Assembly (NCBI GenBank): GCA_964609455.1
Contig: CAZSRD010000005.1
Location: 4,878 to 68,877 of the forward strand
Length of the DNA: 64,000 nucleotides
Direction of reading: 5' to 3'
Source: an uncultured Methanosarcinales archaeon
Lineage (GTDB): Archaea; Nanobdellota; Nanobdellia; Woesearchaeales; JACPBV01
Shown: positions 61,506 through 64,000 of the stretch, in pieces
Layout of the letters: every line of letters begins with the position of its first letter
Position numbering within the stretch: position 1 is the first letter of the stretch
Program-made: the position numbers and the translations under genes
Notes under the pieces: model-generated
What the model saw: the letters and a program-made list of their open reading frames with translations, nothing else
The model's database searches: none
What the model was told of the DNA's origin: nothing

Positions 61506-61697
61506 TTAACCATTTATCTCCACAAATTTTTCAAAACTTCTTTCATCTGTTCTTGCTATATCTTCCGGAAAGCAGCAGGCAGGCAATTGTTTTAAACCTA
61601 AATGATATTGTAGGCATTCACAGCAAATGCCATGATGAGAACATTCTTTATGCAAGCATGGGCAATTCTCTGCATTTTTCTCTTGTTTACAATCCAT
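61506..61697 (-). CDS. small Cys/His-rich protein
   Basis: CPCLHKECSHHGICCECLQYH. Confidence 0.3.
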   Translation of the reverse strand: MDCKQEKNAENCPCLHKECSHHGICCECLQYHLGLKQLPACCFPEDIARTDERSFEKFVEING

Positions 61698-61737
61698 TAT
61701 ATCCCCAACAAAAGGTAAAGAGTGAAGTTTTTAAATG

Positions 61738-62439
61738 TTATGTTCTAATTTCTACTTCATTGATATAATTTTTTAATATTTCTTTGAATTCTTCTAATTC
61801 TTCTTTTTTGAAAGATTCCATAGTCTCGTATTTAGAATCAATCACTTCTTTAGCTGGCTTGAAGTTTTGTATTGCGAATTTTTTAGAGCCTTTAAGCCAT
61901 TCGCCTATCTTTTTTATGTCTTCTTTTTTGTGTAAGCCAGGCACTACTGTGGTTCTGAATTCATAATCTATTCCTGAGTTTTTGATTATGTCAACACTTT
62001 CTTTTATTTCATCAATATTTACTTTACTTGCTGTTGTTTCATCATATTTTTCTAAAGAATTCTTTAGGTCCATTGCTATAAAATCAACTAGCTTTTTATC
62101 TATTAGTTGTTTTAATAGATCTGGGTTAGTTCCGTTTGTGTCAATTTTAACCAGGTAGTTTAGCTCTTTAACTTTTGGCAGGAAATCAAGCAGTTCTTTG
62201 TGCAACAATGGCTCACCGCCTGTTACGCAGATTCCGTCTAACCATTTCTTTTTTTCTTTTAAGAAATTTAAAAGCTCTTCTTCTGAAATTGTTGGCAATG
62301 AATCTGGGTTTAGGACTAAATCTTTATTATGGCAAAAGCCACACCTAAAGTTGCATCTAGGCAAAAATATAGTACAAGCTACTTTATTTGGATAGTCTAC
62401 AAGAGTTGTTTTTTGCAGGCCTTTAATTGACAGGCTCAT
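61738..62439 (-). CDS. nrdG: anaerobic ribonucleotide reductase activating protein (radical SAM)
   Basis: CNFRCGFCHN (CxxxCxxC) and GVCVTGGEP. Confidence 0.85.
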   Translation of the reverse strand: MSLSIKGLQKTTLVDYPNKVACTIFLPRCNFRCGFCHNKDLVLNPDSLPTISEEELLNFLKEKKKWLDGICVTGGEPLLHKELLDFLPKVKELNYLVKIDTNGTNPDLLKQLIDKKLVDFIAMDLKNSLEKYDETTASKVNIDEIKESVDIIKNSGIDYEFRTTVVPGLHKKEDIKKIGEWLKGSKKFAIQNFKPAKEVIDSKYETMESFKKEELEEFKEILKNYINEVEIRT

Positions 62440-62451
62440 AATAAGAAAAAA

Positions 62452-64000
62452 TTAAATAACTTGTTTAATGTCATCTATGTGGTGTGCTACTGTTACCAAC
62501 CTATCATTCTCATCATATAACAATATGGTAGGTATTGGCAGGCTCCCATCATCGTTTCTGTGAATCTTGTCTTTTAATTTTTTATAGACCTCTCTAAACT
62601 CTTTCAATCCTTCGTTTGATCCTAAGTCCACTACGTTCCCTTGTACTTTGTTTATGAGGTATTCTTTTGCTGCAGCACATTTATCGCAATTTGGCAGGGT
62701 AAATATCCTATATCTGCTTATTATGCTATCATTGTTGGAGATTAGCTCTTCGGCCTCTACAGAAGTTGTTCCCCCTTCACTTACAACAGACTCCATCTTT
62801 ATTGTTCCTGTAAGCCCTTTTTGTTCCAGGTACTCAAGTCTATCTTTGAACTCTTCTTTCTTTCCATTGTTCCATTGCCTTATTGGCCTGTAATAGCCGA
62901 CTATTCTCGAATAAACCTCTGTTTCAATACCACATTCAGGGCATTTATAGATTTCTCCTTTGATGTAGCCATGTTCAGGGCAAACACTGAATGTGGGTGT
63001 TATTGAAAAATATGGTAATTGTGTGTTTTCTGCTATTTTTTTGACTAATTGTTTGCATGCTTCTCCTGAACTTAGTTTTTCACCCATGAAAGTATGGAAT
63101 ATTGTCCCTCCCGTATATAATGGCTGTATCTTGTTCTGATGTTCTATTGCTATTATTGGGTCATCTGTGTAATCTACTGGAAGTTGCGTAGAGTTTGTAA
63201 GATAGGGCTCTTTGTCTCCTGCTGTGATTATATCAGGGTACATTTTTTTGTCCAATCTTGCAAGCCTATAAGAAGTAGATTCTGCAGGTGTTGCTTCTAA
63301 GTTATATAGGTTGTCTGTTTCCTGCTGGAACTCAACTAATTTGCCCCTCATAAATTCTAAAACATCAATTGCAAACTGAGTTCCTTCTTTTGTGCTTATA
63401 TCCTTGCCTATAAAATTTAAAGCAGCTTCATTCATTCCGCACAGGCCAATTGTTGAGAAATGGTTCTTGAAAGTTCCTAGGTATATTTTTGTAAAGGGCA
63501 TTAAGCCATTTTTCATATTTTTCTCAACCATAACTCTTTTAATTTCTAAAGAGTTTTTGGCCAAAGTCATATAATAACCTAGTTTTTCAAATAATTCTTC
63601 TTTTGTTTTTGCTTCATAGCCTAACCTATTCATATTCATTGTTACTACGCCTACTGAACCAGTTGCATCTCCTGGGCCCCACATTCCCCCTGGCCTTTTG
63701 ATTAATTGATTTTGGTCAAGATTAAGCCTGCAGCACATTGCCCTGACGCTTTTTGGGTCTAGGCCTGAGCCAACGTAATTCTGGAAATATGGCAAACCAT
63801 ATTTTGCAGTTGCTTCAAATAACAAATTAGCATTTTCAGAGTTCCAGTCAAAACTTTTTGTTAAGTTATATGTTGGGATTGGGAATGTAAATATCCTTCC
63901 CTTGGCATCTCCTTCCAACATTACTTCTAAGAATGCTTTGTTGACCATGTCCATCTCTTTTTGGCAATCTTTGTATGTGAAATCTTGTTTCTTACCACCA
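62452..64000 (-). CDS. nrdD: class III anaerobic ribonucleoside-triphosphate reductase with a C-terminal glutaredoxin-like extension; the 5' end runs off the window
   Basis: The frame stays open to the window edge. C-terminal zinc ribbon CPECG...C. Tail IFTLPNCDKCAAAKEYL...PIPTILLYD is glutaredoxin/NrdH-like. Confidence 0.85.
   Translation of the reverse strand, partial: GGKKQDFTYKDCQKEMDMVNKAFLEVMLEGDAKGRIFTFPIPTYNLTKSFDWNSENANLLFEATAKYGLPYFQNYVGSGLDPKSVRAMCCRLNLDQNQLIKRPGGMWGPGDATGSVGVVTMNMNRLGYEAKTKEELFEKLGYYMTLAKNSLEIKRVMVEKNMKNGLMPFTKIYLGTFKNHFSTIGLCGMNEAALNFIGKDISTKEGTQFAIDVLEFMRGKLVEFQQETDNLYNLEATPAESTSYRLARLDKKMYPDIITAGDKEPYLTNSTQLPVDYTDDPIIAIEHQNKIQPLYTGGTIFHTFMGEKLSSGEACKQLVKKIAENTQLPYFSITPTFSVCPEHGYIKGEIYKCPECGIETEVYSRIVGYYRPIRQWNNGKKEEFKDRLEYLEQKGLTGTIKMESVVSEGGTTSVEAEELISNNDSIISRYRIFTLPNCDKCAAAKEYLINKVQGNVVDLGSNEGLKEFREVYKKLKDKIHRNDDGSLPIPTILLYDENDRLVTVAHHIDDIKQVI

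Noticed and set aside
1-64000. CRISPR arrays, rRNA genes, integrase or transposase genes
   Set aside because: No regularly spaced short repeats, no rRNA-like stretches, and no recombinase motifs were seen. The only mobile-element candidates are the LAGLIDADG modules.

Overview
This is an AT-rich archaeal window, most likely a DPANN-type small-genome archaeon. The conserved information-processing backbone is clear: L7Ae, S28e, L24e, Ndk, aEF-2, aEF-1alpha and S10, then a tRNA cluster, then rpoH-rpoB2-rpoB1-rpoA1-rpoA2, L30e, NusA, S12 and S7. Further downstream are aIF-1A, a ferredoxin, two HhH-GPD glycosylases, L37e, an Sm protein, S8e, LspA, dCMP deaminase and NrdG/NrdD. Accessory content sits between these blocks. 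The most interesting feature is a repeated module seen at two loci: a free-standing LAGLIDADG endonuclease ORF placed directly 5' of, and on the same strand as, an intron-containing tRNA, with a degenerate copy of that tRNA's first 10-20 nt on the far side of the ORF. A compositionally distinct island (HExxH protein, eukaryotic-like kinase, 555-aa unknown) lies next to one of these loci. Several tRNAs carry introns at non-canonical positions. A roughly 14-kb surface-protein cluster (2069-16321) encodes an 1835-aa multidomain protein, a GH-A glycosidase and an M64-like metalloprotease that all end in the same apparently undescribed twin-motif C-terminal module. Other points: a HEPN/MNT-like pair, tandem HIT paralogs with a degenerate His triad, a UppS-like protein lacking catalytic residues, an amino-acid permease fused to a methyltransferase, a truncated Dph2, a subtilase frameshifted in a G7 tract, and NrdD fused to a glutaredoxin-like tail. 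Every call is from reading the translated ORFs and the DNA by eye; no searches were run.
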